Source: an uncultured Bacillales bacterium (GTDB taxonomy: Bacteria > Bacillota_I > Bacilli_A > RFN20 > CAG-449). From it: a stretch of 64,000 nt of DNA. The DNA is taken from assembly GCA_946641515.1 (NCBI GenBank), contig CAMPBT010000002.1, positions 43,890 through 107,889 of the forward strand. Direction: 5' to 3'. The notes below the pieces were generated by a model. The model made no database searches. It was not told the origin of the DNA and was given only the letters and a program-made list of their open reading frames with translations. A program made the translations under genes and the position numbers. Every line of letters starts with the position of its first letter. Positions within the stretch are counted from its first letter, which is position 1. Below are positions 49,595-60,118 of this stretch, piece after piece.

Positions 49595-49773
49595 AATAAA
49601 AATAATCTCCTTTCGATTACATTGAATATTCTACCACCAAAAACATTTATTGTCATATTTTTAATAAAATATAACAATATTCATATTTTTTATTCTAGAA
49701 CGAGAAAATTATCGCATAGTAATTATTTTAGTTATGTGTTTTAGTCACAAAAAAGAACTCACGAGGAGTTCTC

Positions 49774-52113
49774 TTATTTTTGGTCAATAAGAATTAAACG
49801 AGTATCAAAGTCACCAAATAATTTAGTCTTATCATTAAAGCCTGTACCAATGTAAGAAGGTCTTAAACCAACACCGAATGAATTAAGTAATTCACCCTTA
49901 ACATTATATTCAAGTCCTTGTTCTTTCATTGAGACAAATTTTGCTAATAATTTAATTAAACCTCTATCTTCTTTTAAGTGAATAGGAGAGACCATATTTG
50001 CTAAGGTACCAAATCTAAGTAATGAATGGTTATAGCCTTTTGAATAAACCCTATATTCCGCGTTTTCTTCTAAGCCATGGAAACGGATATAATCTTCCCA
50101 TTTACCTGCCGCAATACGATGTTGCATAATTACCCCCATCGCATGTTTTTTGTCTTCAGAAACAACACTTAACGTAACGTTATTTGTATCAAAAGATGAT
50201 CTATATACTTTAGCGTTTACAAAGTAATCTCTTTGTTGTTTATAAAGTTTAACTTGCTCTTTGATTTCATTAAATTCTTTTCTAGTTGCGTCACAGATAT
50301 TAAGTTCATAACCAAGTTGACCAAATAAAGCAACGTTAAATCTAATATCTAATGTTGTAAATCTTAATGTTTGATGGTTATGATGAGATGCTACGTGACA
50401 ACCAAGTAAATTTAATGGATAACCATAAGAATAATATCTTTGGATAGACATTCTAGAAACAGCATCAGTATTATCAGATGCCCATGTCTGAGGGAAATAT
50501 GTGCACATGCCAAGGTCAAATCTATTACCACCTGAAGCACAGTTTTCCATTAAGATATGTGGGAATTCTTTAGTTAATGTATCTAAGATACGATATAAGC
50601 CTAAATAGTAACGGTGTGAGACTTCATTCATCTTTTCACTTGCTAAAGACTGTGAGAAATAATCTGTGAAGACTCTATTCATATCCCATTTAACGTAATC
50701 AACACCCTGTGAGAAAACATATCTCATAGATTCAATTACATAATTAACAACTTCATCATTTGTTAAATCAAGAATCATCTGATGACGACCCATTGAATGA
50801 TGATGGTCTTTTAATTTAAGTGCCCATTCAGGATGAGCTTTATATAAGTTTGATTTTTCGGAAATTCCTTCTGGTTCTACCCAGATACCGAATTTCATAC
50901 CAATTTTATGAATTTTTTCAGATAAGCCAATTAATCCACCTGGAAGTTTTTTCTTATTTTCTTTCCAATCACCTAAAGATGAATCATCTTCATTACGTTC
51001 ACCAAACCATCCATCATCAAGAACGAATAATTCAATACCAGCTTTTGCAGCTTTCTTTGCCATCTTAAGTAATAATGACTGATTAAATTTAAAATAAGCA
51101 GCTTCCCATGAATTAATTAAAACAGGCCTGGGCATAAACGCAAATTCACTTCTAACGATGTGTTTATTAATAAATCCATGTAAGTTATGAGACATTTCGT
51201 TATAACCGAAATTTGTATATGTCATAACAGCTTCTGGAGTTCTAAATGTTTCACCATTCTTTAATGTATATGAGAATGTAGTAGGGTTAATACCTGTTAA
51301 GAATCTTAAATGGTTTTGAGTATCAACTTCGACACTTTCTTGATGGTTGCCAGAATAGATTAAGTTGAAGCCATAAACTTCACCATTTTCTTCTGTACAG
51401 CCTTTTTTAGAAAGCATAACAAATGGATTTGATCTAGATGAAGATAAACCAACAAGTGATTCAGATACTAATGAACCAATAATACATGGTTGATCATATC
51501 TTTTCATTTCTTTAGTCCATCCACCGTGGAATGAAGTAAATGTATATTCTTCGTTATATAAATCAAGTTGTAACGAGAATGCTCTTAAGACCTTAACATC
51601 ATCAGTACCTAAGTTCTTAATTTCCATTCTTCTAGTAATGACATCATCACTTTCATAAATAGAATAAATTAAAGTAACTTCAACTTTATTTTCTTGATCT
51701 AATAAAGTGATGAATAAATCTTCAATTTTTTCACCTTTTGCTCTAGAACAAGGAAGTTCTTCCATTTCAACGTGTTCTTTAATTTCATAGCCTTGATATT
51801 TTAAATCAGTAGTTCTACTACCATTAACATATTCAATTTCTACAAGAGGATTTCTAATATCACCCTTTCCACGAGTTGAATATTCAAGTAATTTACTTTC
51901 AAGAGTCATTGCTTGATGTTCTTCATCATAAGAAACAGCATTACCAATTGGGAATTCCTGTTTGCTCTTTAATGCTTCAAATGCCTCATTGTTTAAATCA
52001 ATTTTTTTACCATAATATAAGTGTTCTAAATAATTGATGTCATTGACAAAGAAGCCATATGTTGTACGTTTAGTAGATAATTCAAATACTTTATTTTCTG
52101 TTACTTTAATCAT
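49774..52113 (-). CDS. Alpha-galactosidase, GH36
   Basis: INSWEAAYF, FVLDDGWFG, FGIWVEPE, YVKWDMNR, ENCASGGNRFD, WASDNTD. Confidence 0.95.
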   Translation of the reverse strand: MIKVTENKVFELSTKRTTYGFFVNDINYLEHLYYGKKIDLNNEAFEALKSKQEFPIGNAVSYDEEHQAMTLESKLLEYSTRGKGDIRNPLVEIEYVNGSRTTDLKYQGYEIKEHVEMEELPCSRAKGEKIEDLFITLLDQENKVEVTLIYSIYESDDVITRRMEIKNLGTDDVKVLRAFSLQLDLYNEEYTFTSFHGGWTKEMKRYDQPCIIGSLVSESLVGLSSSRSNPFVMLSKKGCTEENGEVYGFNLIYSGNHQESVEVDTQNHLRFLTGINPTTFSYTLKNGETFRTPEAVMTYTNFGYNEMSHNLHGFINKHIVRSEFAFMPRPVLINSWEAAYFKFNQSLLLKMAKKAAKAGIELFVLDDGWFGERNEDDSSLGDWKENKKKLPGGLIGLSEKIHKIGMKFGIWVEPEGISEKSNLYKAHPEWALKLKDHHHSMGRHQMILDLTNDEVVNYVIESMRYVFSQGVDYVKWDMNRVFTDYFSQSLASEKMNEVSHRYYLGLYRILDTLTKEFPHILMENCASGGNRFDLGMCTYFPQTWASDNTDAVSRMSIQRYYSYGYPLNLLGCHVASHHNHQTLRFTTLDIRFNVALFGQLGYELNICDATRKEFNEIKEQVKLYKQQRDYFVNAKVYRSSFDTNNVTLSVVSEDKKHAMGVIMQHRIAAGKWEDYIRFHGLEENAEYRVYSKGYNHSLLRFGTLANMVSPIHLKEDRGLIKLLAKFVSMKEQGLEYNVKGELLNSFGVGLRPSYIGTGFNDKTKLFGDFDTRLILIDQK

Positions 52114-52307
52114 TTTTATCTCTCCATTTCTCCCTCATTATAGCATAATGAAAGGGTTTGCATACTTTTTAAATTTCGATATTACCTTAAATTTAAGGTA
52201 CCTATTAATAATCAGGCGTAAAACTAGTATAAATTCATTTTAATCTATCACTTCAAAAGTAAAAAAGATTCTTGAAATTAAACCAAAAATCTTTATAAAA
52301 ATTTTAA

Positions 52308-53039
52308 TTACCTTCTAAATCTAGATAAGAACTCTTTAGTTCTTTCTTCTTTAGGATTATCAAAAACTTCTTGAGGGGTACCTTGTTCTAATATCCTACC
52401 ATTATCTAAGAAGATAACTTTAGTAGATACTTCATACGCAAAACTCATTTCATGAGTGACAATAACCATAGTCATACCTTCTTTAGATAAAGAAGAAATA
52501 ACACTTAATACTTCTCCGACCATTTCTGGGTCTAAAGCACTTGTAGGTTCATCAAATAATAATACTTCAGGATTCATACATAAGGCTCTAGCAATCGCGA
52601 CTCTTTGCTTTTGTCCACCGGATAAAGAAGTAACTTTAGCATGAACAAATTGACTCATACCTACTTTTTCTAAATAAGACACGGCAATTTTTTCTGCTTC
52701 TTGCTTACTTCTTTTTAAAACATTCATTTGGGCAATAGTACAGTTTTTAAGTACATCCATATTATTAAACAAATTAAATGATTGGAAAACCATACCTACT
52801 CTAGAACGATATTTATTTAAATCAAATTTCTTATCTAAGATACTCTTACCTTCAAATAAGATTTCTCCAGAACTTGGTACTTCAAGTAAATTTAAGCATC
52901 TAATAAATGTTGATTTACCAGAACCAGAAGAACCAATAATAGAGATTACTTCGCCTTTATTAATTGATAAACTAATCCCTTTAAGTACCTCAAGATTATC
53001 AAATGATTTTTTTAAATCATTAACTTCAATTAAACTCAT
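52308..53039 (-). CDS. Polar amino-acid ABC transporter ATP-binding subunit
   Basis: [34 protein letters not shown]. Confidence 0.95.
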   Translation of the reverse strand: MSLIEVNDLKKSFDNLEVLKGISLSINKGEVISIIGSSGSGKSTFIRCLNLLEVPSSGEILFEGKSILDKKFDLNKYRSRVGMVFQSFNLFNNMDVLKNCTIAQMNVLKRSKQEAEKIAVSYLEKVGMSQFVHAKVTSLSGGQKQRVAIARALCMNPEVLLFDEPTSALDPEMVGEVLSVISSLSKEGMTMVIVTHEMSFAYEVSTKVIFLDNGRILEQGTPQEVFDNPKEERTKEFLSRFRR

Positions 53040-53041
53040 AA

Positions 53042-53884
53042 CTATAATCTCCTTTCCTCTTGTTCTTTATAATCTTCGGCATCTATATTATCGTTAGTAG
53101 CAAACGCAGCAGGAGTAGTAACTGATGTTGGATTAGAAATCTTAGTCTTCACATTTAATTTCTTTTCAATTAATCTTAAGATTCTAGTTAAACCAATAGT
53201 CATAATTAAATATAAAATAGAAACGATGAAATAAACTGGGAATTGCGCGTACCATCTCGCGACAATTAATTTTCCGTTATAGAATAAATCAGTAACCATA
53301 ATAACGGATAAAACTGATGTATCTTTAATATTAACTACAAGTTCATTACCAAGTGCAGGAATTACATTTTTAATTGCCTGAGGAATAACGATTTTAAACA
53401 TCGTTTGATTGTAAGTTAAGCCAAGTGATCTACCACCTTCAATTTGACCTTTATCAATAGAATTAAGACCAGATCTAATAATTTCTGCCATATAGGCTGC
53501 AGTATTTAACGAAACAATGACAAAGCCTGCAATTAATGTAGACATTGTTGTACCAAAAGCATAAGCAACTCCATAGAAGATAACTAATGCTTGAACCATC
53601 ATTGGAGTACCTCTAAAGACTTCAATGTAACAATAGGATAATCCAGATAAAAATTTCTTAACACCTTTTTTTAATTTATTATCATTTGGGTTATTATCAA
53701 GCTTACGAAGTAAAGCTAGCCCAATACCTAAAACAAAGCCACATATTGTTCCTACTAAAGAAATAAGTAATGTCACACCCATTCCCTTTAAAAACTCAAG
53801 CCAATAATACTGAATAAAGAATCCTACCTGAGAAAAAAATCCATCAGGTAATGTACGAGGGATATCTACTAAAATATTAAACAT
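53042..53884 (-). CDS. Polar amino-acid ABC transporter permease
   Basis: [33 protein letters not shown]. Confidence 0.95.
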   Translation of the reverse strand: MFNILVDIPRTLPDGFFSQVGFFIQYYWLEFLKGMGVTLLISLVGTICGFVLGIGLALLRKLDNNPNDNKLKKGVKKFLSGLSYCYIEVFRGTPMMVQALVIFYGVAYAFGTTMSTLIAGFVIVSLNTAAYMAEIIRSGLNSIDKGQIEGGRSLGLTYNQTMFKIVIPQAIKNVIPALGNELVVNIKDTSVLSVIMVTDLFYNGKLIVARWYAQFPVYFIVSILYLIMTIGLTRILRLIEKKLNVKTKISNPTSVTTPAAFATNDNIDAEDYKEQEERRL

Positions 53885-53885
53885 A

Positions 53886-54707
53886 TTAATTCGCTCCTGT
53901 AGCAATGTTCATTAATTCAGTTCTTCTTGCAGTACTAATCTTTGCAAGTGATGCATTTAATTGTTCTTTATAAGTGCTAACAGCATTTTTAGAAATTCCA
54001 ATAGAAACAGAAACAATAAAATCATCATTTCCTTCCATTACTACTTCTTGATAACCTTCTCCTAAAGTCGATGCTAAGAAATCAGTAGCAACTGGTCTTT
54101 CACATACTACTCCGTCGACTGTACCTGCTTGTAAAGCTGTGAAAGCTTCTGGGTAAGTAACTGTAGGGTTTGCGGCAATAATTCCATCAGATTCTGCTAA
54201 AGATGTAATTAAGTCGGCTTGAACTGTACCAATTTGAGCGACTAATTTTTTGCCTGTAAAATCAGAAACTTGTGTTGCAGAAGCATTTGAATTATTAGTA
54301 ACAATAACTAACTGAGAAGAATAATATTCATCTGTAAAATCAATAGAGTTTCTTCTCTCAGGAGTATCTGTCATACCTGCAATAATTGCATCAATTGCCC
54401 CACTTTGTAATTGAGGAATAAGTCCATCCCATTCACATCTAACTACTTCTACTCTAACACCTAAATCTTTTGCAATTTCATTTGCAATTAAAATATCATA
54501 GCCTCCACAGTATTCATTAGTACCATTAATTTGAATGTTGTTTTCATTTTGTGAATATTCTGTAAAATTGTATGGTGCATATGCACATTCAAGTCCAATA
54601 GTTAAGACTCCATCGGCAAGAGGATCAACTTTGTTATTTCCACAAGAAGTAAGTCCTCCAATAATGCACGCTCCAATAAGGGCACCGTTTAATAATGTTC
54701 TCTTCAT
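53886..54707 (-). CDS. Amino-acid ABC transporter substrate-binding lipoprotein (likely lysine)
   Basis: Lipobox LTSC; ECAYAPYNF, GYDI, IIAGM..TPER; lysine riboswitch upstream. Confidence 0.9.
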   Translation of the reverse strand: MKRTLLNGALIGACIIGGLTSCGNNKVDPLADGVLTIGLECAYAPYNFTEYSQNENNIQINGTNEYCGGYDILIANEIAKDLGVRVEVVRCEWDGLIPQLQSGAIDAIIAGMTDTPERRNSIDFTDEYYSSQLVIVTNNSNASATQVSDFTGKKLVAQIGTVQADLITSLAESDGIIAANPTVTYPEAFTALQAGTVDGVVCERPVATDFLASTLGEGYQEVVMEGNDDFIVSVSIGISKNAVSTYKEQLNASLAKISTARRTELMNIATGAN

Positions 54708-54760
54708 ATCCTAATCTCTCCTTCTAACATATAAACTTGCAAATTTTTATGTCGGAAGTA

Positions 54761-54790
54761 GAAAAAAGAGCAATGGGATTACCATTGCTC
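54761..54790 (-). terminator. Riboswitch expression-platform terminator
   Basis: GAGCAATGG-TAATC-CCATTGCTC followed by TTTTTT on the minus strand. Confidence 0.85.
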
Positions 54791-54851
54791 AATTAATCAT
54801 AATCTACCAGATCTTGGCAAAACTAATACCGAAAAATGGTAACAATTAATT

Positions 54852-55017
54852 CACAATAGCTCTCCACTTTTTTCAAAGTGACAGTTGTTTGCTTATTCAG
54901 CAACCACCCAAGAATAATGAATGTCTTCACCATTCTTTCGGCCATCTCTCCTTTCCTAAGAATCAACGGATACCTCCTCATCTTAGTACTGATATCGACA
55001 GCGCCTCTACTCAGTGA
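54852..55017 (-). ncRNA. Lysine riboswitch (L-box)
   Basis: GTAGAGGCGC...AAAGG...GCCGAA...CTGTCAC...GTGGAGAGCTAT consensus blocks upstream of an amino-acid ABC operon. Confidence 0.9.
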
Positions 55018-55106
55018 CATATCAATTTGTTGCACTTATTAAACAACAAATCTTTTTATAATGTAAAGAATTTTTTTGAAATTTCTTTATTTTTTTATTT
55101 TGCTCT

Positions 55107-56369
55107 CTATTTTTTTATTAAATCCCAATAAGCTTTTGCAGCCTGTTCAACTTTGTTATTCTGATAAGAATAAAATTGTGTACCCTTTAAATCATCAGGT
55201 AAATACTGTTGTTTAACCCAATGAGAAGGATAGTCGTGAGGATATTTATAATCTTGTCCATGATCTAAATTTTTACTACCTTCATAATGAGCATCTAATA
55301 AATGGTTAGGTACCTTAATACCCTTGCCTTCTTTGATAGTATCTAAAGCATTATCTATTGCGATAGCCGCAGAATTACTCTTAGGGCATGTACATAAGAA
55401 AATAACCGCTTCCGCTAAAGGAAGACGACCTTCTGGTAAACCAAGTTGAAGCGCGGAATCTACACAGTTTTTAGTAATTACAATCGCATTAGGATAAGCA
55501 AGTCCTATATCTTCACATGCGACTGCAAGAAGTCTTCTACAAGGTGAAAGTAAATCACCTGCTTCAAGTAATTTTGCAAGATAAAATATTGCCGCATCAG
55601 GATCACTTCCCCTAATTGATTTATGGAAAGCACTTAAGGTGTCGTAATGTTCGTCTCCATCTCTATCATATCTCATTTGAGAACGTTGACCGATTTGACG
55701 AGCCTCATTCATAGTTAAGAAATATGTCTGATCATAATGGTTACAAATATCAAACATTAATTCTACTGAATTAATAGCCTTTCTTACATCTCCTCCACAT
55801 ATTGTAGATAGATATTTAACTACCCCTTCTTCAATATTAACTTTGTTTTGTTTTTGAGTTGCAACTAGTTGAATGGCTCTTTCTACAGCCTTCTGAATTT
55901 CAAAAGCAGATACTGGTTTAAATTCAAAAATTGTAGAACGAGAAATTAAAGCATTATAAACATAAAAATAAGGATTTTCAGTTGTAGATGCGACTAAAGT
56001 AATATCACCTGTTTCAATATATTCAAGTAATAATTGTTGTTGCTTTTTAGAGAAATATTGAATTTCATCAATGTATAATAAAATACCATTTCTACCTTCT
56101 AAAGTATCAACTTTACTTAAGACATCTTTAATGTCTTGAGAAGAGGCAGTAGTAGCATTGACTTTATATAAAGTCATATCTGTCATTGAAGCAATGATAT
56201 TTGCAAGAGTAGTTTTACCAGTTCCAGAAGGACCATAAAAAATCATATTTGGAATATGACCACTTTCAATAATTTTTCTCAGTGCACTATTTTTGCTTAA
56301 TAAGTGTTTTTGTCCGACAACTTCATCTAAAGATTTTGGTCGGAGTAAATCCGCTAAAGGTTGACTCAT
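55107..56369 (-). CDS. rarA: Replication-associated recombination protein A
   Basis: PLADLLRP, GPSGTGKTT, TTENPYF, SAFHKSIRGSDPDAA, EDIGLA, PKSNS. Confidence 0.95.
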   Translation of the reverse strand: MSQPLADLLRPKSLDEVVGQKHLLSKNSALRKIIESGHIPNMIFYGPSGTGKTTLANIIASMTDMTLYKVNATTASSQDIKDVLSKVDTLEGRNGILLYIDEIQYFSKKQQQLLLEYIETGDITLVASTTENPYFYVYNALISRSTIFEFKPVSAFEIQKAVERAIQLVATQKQNKVNIEEGVVKYLSTICGGDVRKAINSVELMFDICNHYDQTYFLTMNEARQIGQRSQMRYDRDGDEHYDTLSAFHKSIRGSDPDAAIFYLAKLLEAGDLLSPCRRLLAVACEDIGLAYPNAIVITKNCVDSALQLGLPEGRLPLAEAVIFLCTCPKSNSAAIAIDNALDTIKEGKGIKVPNHLLDAHYEGSKNLDHGQDYKYPHDYPSHWVKQQYLPDDLKGTQFYSYQNNKVEQAAKAYWDLIKK

Positions 56370-57064
56370 TACTCTTCACCTACCAATCTTTCTTTTAATG
56401 AAGAAATTTGTTCATCAGTTAATCCAATAGTATGGAAATAAGAAATGACATCTCCATATTTTTCTTTAAACATCTTTAAAAAATCAATTAAGTATTCTTT
56501 CTTACAATAGCCTAAAGAATGTGGGAAAGTACCATTTCTTTCTTGTTTAAGATGAATTCTAGAATAGATACATTCATTAGAAACAAAATAATCTTCAACA
56601 ATATCTTCTTCACTGACTTTAGCAAGTAAGAATAATAAGACAGTAACCATACCTGTACGGTCTTTACCTGCAGTACAGTTATAAATAACGTTTCCATCAG
56701 CATTTAAGATAGTAGTAAAGATCTTATAGAAAGTATCGTGATTGCCCACCATCTGTAAATATAATTTCGCGGCATTCTCATCAGTAAGAGGTATACCACT
56801 TCCTTCAACTAATGAATAATTATAATATTTAAAACGCTTATCATTACTTAAGGCAGAAGGATAAGTGTTAATAACAGTTTCAGTTCTTAAATCAATTTGA
56901 GTTTTAAAATTATTTTCAAGCAAAAAGTTCTTAGCCTCTTCACCAAGCATATCTAAAGAATCGCTTCGAATAAAGCGTAAATATTTAGTAACTTTGCCCT
57001 CACTAGTTTTATAGCCACCTAAATCGCGTGTATTAAGAGTTAAATCAAATAAATAATGTTTCAT
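56369..57064 (-). CDS. Tyrosine-protein phosphatase (MptpB/IphP-like)
   Basis: NTRDLGGY, IDLRT, CTAGKDRTG P-loop. Confidence 0.92.
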   Translation of the reverse strand: MKHYLFDLTLNTRDLGGYKTSEGKVTKYLRFIRSDSLDMLGEEAKNFLLENNFKTQIDLRTETVINTYPSALSNDKRFKYYNYSLVEGSGIPLTDENAAKLYLQMVGNHDTFYKIFTTILNADGNVIYNCTAGKDRTGMVTVLLFLLAKVSEEDIVEDYFVSNECIYSRIHLKQERNGTFPHSLGYCKKEYLIDFLKMFKEKYGDVISYFHTIGLTDEQISSLKERLVGEE

Positions 57065-57164
57065 AATTTATCCCCCTTTCGCCTTGTAATATTGTACCAC
57101 TATAAAAGCATTATATCTATACATAGATATTTGTAATTTATTATCGATTATATGTATGTATCTT

Positions 57165-58187
57165 TTACCACTTATTAGATACTTTTTCTGCAAATCCTAA
57201 GGCGTTTTTAATCTTAACTACTCCGTCTTTAGTTTTAATCTTACCATTAAATAATCCAAATACCTGATGAGCGTCTTGAGCAATAATCAAGGCATTAGTT
57301 TTATCGTGTCTATCCACAATAGGAGTAAATTTAATATCAATATCTTTAGATTCACTAGTAAAGGTCCATTCGCTCATAAAATCATCTTTATTATCTTTTT
57401 GAGGAATATTAAAAATAACATCTTTTAATTTATAAACTTTATCATCAACAAAGAGCATATTTTCACTAGCGTTACTAGTATCTCCAAATCCGTATCCTAA
57501 GTTCCATCCAATCTTCTTATCATCTTGAGTAACATTTAATGATGACCAATACCAAGTATTTTTATAAGTCCAGACACCTCTTCCCCAATCAAGTACTCCC
57601 AAAGTACCTTCTTTAAAGGTATATTCTTCATTACCATATTTAAAAGAACCTACTGCAACTAAATTATTAATCTTTTGGTTGTAATAGAAATGTCTATCTT
57701 TTTCAAAAGGGGTCGCAATAACCATTGAGTTCTTGCTTGAAGGAGTCAAGTAAATATCAGCATAGAAATCTTTACCTTTAGTCATATTCTTCATATAGAC
57801 TTTAAGATGTCTATTACCATGATCATTTTCAAATGAGAAATAATAATTCTTACCTTCTTTTCTAGCATCTCCATCTGAAGATGAAGAAGGTAAATGTACT
57901 TTACCATAAGGGAACCAAAACATCCTTGCAGCGTTAATATATGTCTTCTCTTTAAAATTCAAAATGGAAGCAGAAACAAGTCCCATATAAGAATTATCAT
58001 CTATAGTTAAAGCAATACCAAAATTATCATCTCCAATATAGTAGTAATCCCATTCTTTAATACGGGATTTTCCTGCCTTAATATCTTTACGAGAGTATGT
58101 TCTAACTAAGCTAAAAGAATATCCAGCTTCTAATAAATTGCCATCTTTATCAAGTAATGGTCCTGAAGTTAATTTGTGTTGTTCCAT
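57165..58187 (-). CDS. DUF2804-family protein
   Basis: RIKEWDYY, FYYNQKIN, LDWGRGVW, NLGYGFGD, HQVFG. Confidence 0.85.
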   Translation of the reverse strand: MEQHKLTSGPLLDKDGNLLEAGYSFSLVRTYSRKDIKAGKSRIKEWDYYYIGDDNFGIALTIDDNSYMGLVSASILNFKEKTYINAARMFWFPYGKVHLPSSSSDGDARKEGKNYYFSFENDHGNRHLKVYMKNMTKGKDFYADIYLTPSSKNSMVIATPFEKDRHFYYNQKINNLVAVGSFKYGNEEYTFKEGTLGVLDWGRGVWTYKNTWYWSSLNVTQDDKKIGWNLGYGFGDTSNASENMLFVDDKVYKLKDVIFNIPQKDNKDDFMSEWTFTSESKDIDIKFTPIVDRHDKTNALIIAQDAHQVFGLFNGKIKTKDGVVKIKNALGFAEKVSNKW

Positions 58188-58265
58188 AATTACCTCCACA
58201 AATCATATTTTTATATCTACATTATAAAAATAAAAAGGACACCTTGACAAGTGCCCCCCCCTTTA

Positions 58266-59003
58266 TTAGACTCTTCGAGCAATTTCAATTGCTTTTCTTC
58301 CTGACTTAGATGTTCCTCCAATAGAACTAATTCTAATTTTACCAAAATGACGAACAGATATTTCTTCATTTTCTTTAACTAGATAAGAAGGATTTTGATT
58401 TAATAAATGATTAACATATACTTCTCCATTAATTAAAATTTCTAAAGCTTCACTTCTAGATAAAGAAAATCCTGCCGCGATAATAGCGTCAAGTCTTAAA
58501 GAAGAAACAAAATGTACTTTAGATTCTTCTTTAATTTCATTTTCTACAGGGAAAGATACTTCTTTTAATTGTATTTGAGCTTTTCCCACGTTTTTAAACT
58601 CACTTTCAATAAATGATGATATTTCATTAGTACACGCAAAGAATGCGTCTTTGTTGTCTTTAATAACAATATCACCTAAGCATTCTCTTTTAATACCTAA
58701 GCTCATTAAAGAACCAAGTATAGAACGATGATATATCTCATAAAATTTCTTATTATAGATAATCTGATAAACTTTAATTTTATAATCTTCTTCACTAACG
58801 TCGTAATAAGACATAATACATCTAACTCTATCCGCGTTTTTAATACCGCCAGAGAAAGAGATATTTAAAGATGAACGAGCAGTTAATTCTTCAACGACAC
58901 TTCTTTCTGCATCATCTAAAAAATTAAGAAGAATAACATTACCTTCTTCACCTCTTTTAATGAATGAATTAATTTTCTTAGTAAATGAAACTAAATCTTC
59001 CAT
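58266..59003 (-). CDS. ylmH: YlmH-like S4-domain RNA-binding protein
   Basis: HRSILGSLMSLGIKRECLGDI, VSSLRLD, ISVRHFGK. Confidence 0.85.
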   Translation of the reverse strand: MEDLVSFTKKINSFIKRGEEGNVILLNFLDDAERSVVEELTARSSLNISFSGGIKNADRVRCIMSYYDVSEEDYKIKVYQIIYNKKFYEIYHRSILGSLMSLGIKRECLGDIVIKDNKDAFFACTNEISSFIESEFKNVGKAQIQLKEVSFPVENEIKEESKVHFVSSLRLDAIIAAGFSLSRSEALEILINGEVYVNHLLNQNPSYLVKENEEISVRHFGKIRISSIGGTSKSGRKAIEIARRV

Positions 59004-60061
59004 TATTTACGCTCCATAAAAAATGAATCAACTTTATTCATTAAATCTTGATTTGCCACATTGCCTTTAAAGACATCATAAGTATCATAAGATTCCTTAT
59101 AACCTTTAGCCTTATCACCATATTGATTCGCAAGTTCTATTCTTTCTTTTTCTTTCATCTTTTGGTATTCATAGCATTCAGTAGAAGCAAGAATTGTTGA
59201 ATGATTATTATGAGGAGGAGTATCTACTAAGATATATTCTACTAAATCATTATTAATTTCATCTTTCTTAGAATAAATTGAATCAAGCTGATAATTAACA
59301 ACAGCATCATCATTACCCTGGAAAACTAAGGTTGGTACTTTTGTCTTTTTTAATTCTTTAGAAGCTTTTTTATTAGCATTGAAACCAAAGATTAAAACCA
59401 TCGCGCTTAAGAATTTAAAGCGATTCTTTTTCATAAATTTTCTAGTCTTATCATTAGTTAATGAAGTGTTAATAATTTCACTTAATGGTTCATCAAATCC
59501 TGCAATAGATACGCAGGCTTTAATCTTAGAAGATTCATTAACATCAAGTGCAACAGCGTATCCACCCATTGAATGACCATATAAATAAATATCTTTATCT
59601 TTAAATTCTTCAGATTTAGATAAGAATTTTAAACAAGCTCTTAAATCAAATGCTTGAGCTTGAACGCCTTTCATAGATGAACCTTCAGAAGAACCAGTAC
59701 CAGTAAAATCATATGTAAAAACTTGGTATCCCCTATTAACTAGTTCAATGATATCTGACAAATATCCAATATGACCTGGACACATACCGTGAACATAGAC
59801 AATAAAGCCTTTAGTATTATCTTTACCATATAAGAAGGCACTTAAAAGATTCTTACCTGATTTAAATGAATATTCATTTCTAGGATATTTATCTTTAATA
59901 TCATCATAAGTAATAAACATTGGATATTCAGGCTTTTCATATCTAGGCATAGTACTTAATAATATCTTTTTAATCATAAAGACCATGACTATATATCTAA
60001 TAAGCAAAAAAGTAATGATTGAACCTAAAATAATTAATAAAACAAGTTGCCAAATTTCCAT
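59003..60061 (-). CDS. Membrane-anchored alpha/beta hydrolase
   Basis: VHGM, YDFTGTGSSEG, nucleophile motif GHSMGG. Confidence 0.9.
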   Translation of the reverse strand: MEIWQLVLLIILGSIITFLLIRYIVMVFMIKKILLSTMPRYEKPEYPMFITYDDIKDKYPRNEYSFKSGKNLLSAFLYGKDNTKGFIVYVHGMCPGHIGYLSDIIELVNRGYQVFTYDFTGTGSSEGSSMKGVQAQAFDLRACLKFLSKSEEFKDKDIYLYGHSMGGYAVALDVNESSKIKACVSIAGFDEPLSEIINTSLTNDKTRKFMKKNRFKFLSAMVLIFGFNANKKASKELKKTKVPTLVFQGNDDAVVNYQLDSIYSKKDEINNDLVEYILVDTPPHNNHSTILASTECYEYQKMKEKERIELANQYGDKAKGYKESYDTYDVFKGNVANQDLMNKVDSFFMERK

Positions 60062-60118
60062 AGTTTTCTCCTGAAATATAAATCTATTTTAATCAAAAGA
60101 AAAACCCTGATAAAGGGT

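Noticed and set aside
48709-49625. Alternative-frame and antisense ORFs over the His-rich COG0523 gene
   Set aside because: By-products of low-complexity codons in a well-supported gene
49695-49720. Possible Zur/Fur box upstream of the COG0523 operon (CGAGAAAATTATCG)
   Set aside because: Spacing and matches to the consensus are too weak to call
54823-55035. 70-aa ORF
   Set aside because: It coincides with the lysine riboswitch
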